NCBI RefSeq assembly: GCF_000143415.4
Contig: NW_003314284.1
Location: 1,616,674 to 1,680,673 of the forward strand
Reading direction: 5' to 3'
DNA: 64,000 bases
From: Selaginella moellendorffii
Lineage: Eukaryota; Plantae; Lycopodiophyta
This document shows positions 63,439-64,000 of this stretch, in pieces. Both the position numbers and the translations under genes were made by a program. Below the pieces are notes generated by a model. That model was not told the DNA's origin, did no database searches, and was given only the letters and a program-made list of their open reading frames with translations. Within the stretch, counting starts at the first letter, position 1. Every line of letters starts with the position of its first letter.

Positions 63439-64000
63439 TGTAGCGCACGTGGTTTTTACCCTTTATCCTATAGTGATTTACCATAGGATAACACCACGAA
63501 GTGGAACCTAAACCCTCTTTATGCCACGTGACACATGCCACGTGTCCAAAGGACAGTGGTGTAGAACTCGAGGCTTAGGGCCTTGGGCCACTGAACGAAG
63601 GAACGGTGCCAAACTCCTAAGCATGGAGCCAAGGAGTGACAGAACCAAACCATGGAGCAACTCTTGAGCATACAACCCAAGGAGCGAAGGGATAGGAGCC
63701 CAGAGCGACTTGAAACAGTCTTGGAGCAACCACCATCCCAATATCAAGACTAGCACACAAAACGGAGCCAAACGAAGTCTGGCGCTATTTGGGCATACCG
63801 GTGGCCTAACGTGAGGATATAGGTACTCCACCAACTAGCATGGAATGGAACTTGGGCTTAGACCCAAGCCGGACGCAGAACAAGGACAGACATGCAAGCG
63901 AGAGCTAGACTATGCCTCAGGTTGCTCGGCCATGCCCAACCTACCCACTATCCCTACTGATACATTTGGAACCCCCCACAGCCCCCCCCCCCCCCCCCCC
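63439..64000 (+). mobile_element. LTR family A, 5' part (best-preserved copy), runs off the window
   Basis: Starts tgtagcgcacgtgg, retains CpGs, and matches copies at 241, 1575, 5452 and 51610. Confidence 0.88.

Noticed and set aside
1-64000. tRNA, rRNA, snRNA genes and U12-type introns
   Set aside because: None recognised by eye. A covariance-model search would be needed to exclude them.

Overview
Plant nuclear DNA, most consistent with the lycophyte Selaginella (inferred from 45-60 nt introns, very dense GC-rich genes and an S-motif-rich PLS PPR gene). A gene-dense core (about 7.9-42 kb) is flanked by AT-rich blocks of decayed, nested retroelements (1-7.9 kb and 42.3-64 kb, with an assembly gap at 43741-44466). 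Core genes in order: PHAX pseudogene, RPS10, tonoplast dicarboxylate transporter, NPC1-like phospholipase C, secreted unknown-domain/B-lectin gene, PLS-E PPR, BUD13, P-class PPR, CPN10, WIYLD-like/multi-RRM gene, SULTR4, SEC5, MSP1/ATAD1-like AAA ATPase, a 7-exon orphan gene and PHT4;6. The best candidate for an undescribed system is a pair of diverged, intact, intronless, very AT-rich paralogs (15091-15999 and 50007-50888). Each encodes a signal peptide, an unrecognised ~140-aa domain and a Cys-flanked mannose-binding bulb-type lectin, an AB-toxin-like layout. Also notable: a Ty3/gypsy element split by a ~3.2 kb inversion (supported by LTRs, a TSD and an in-window empty site), a decayed multicopy element with kinase-like motif remnants, a TRIM-like element and a predicted spliced uORF ahead of SULTR4. 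All calls come from reading the sequence by eye; no database search was run.
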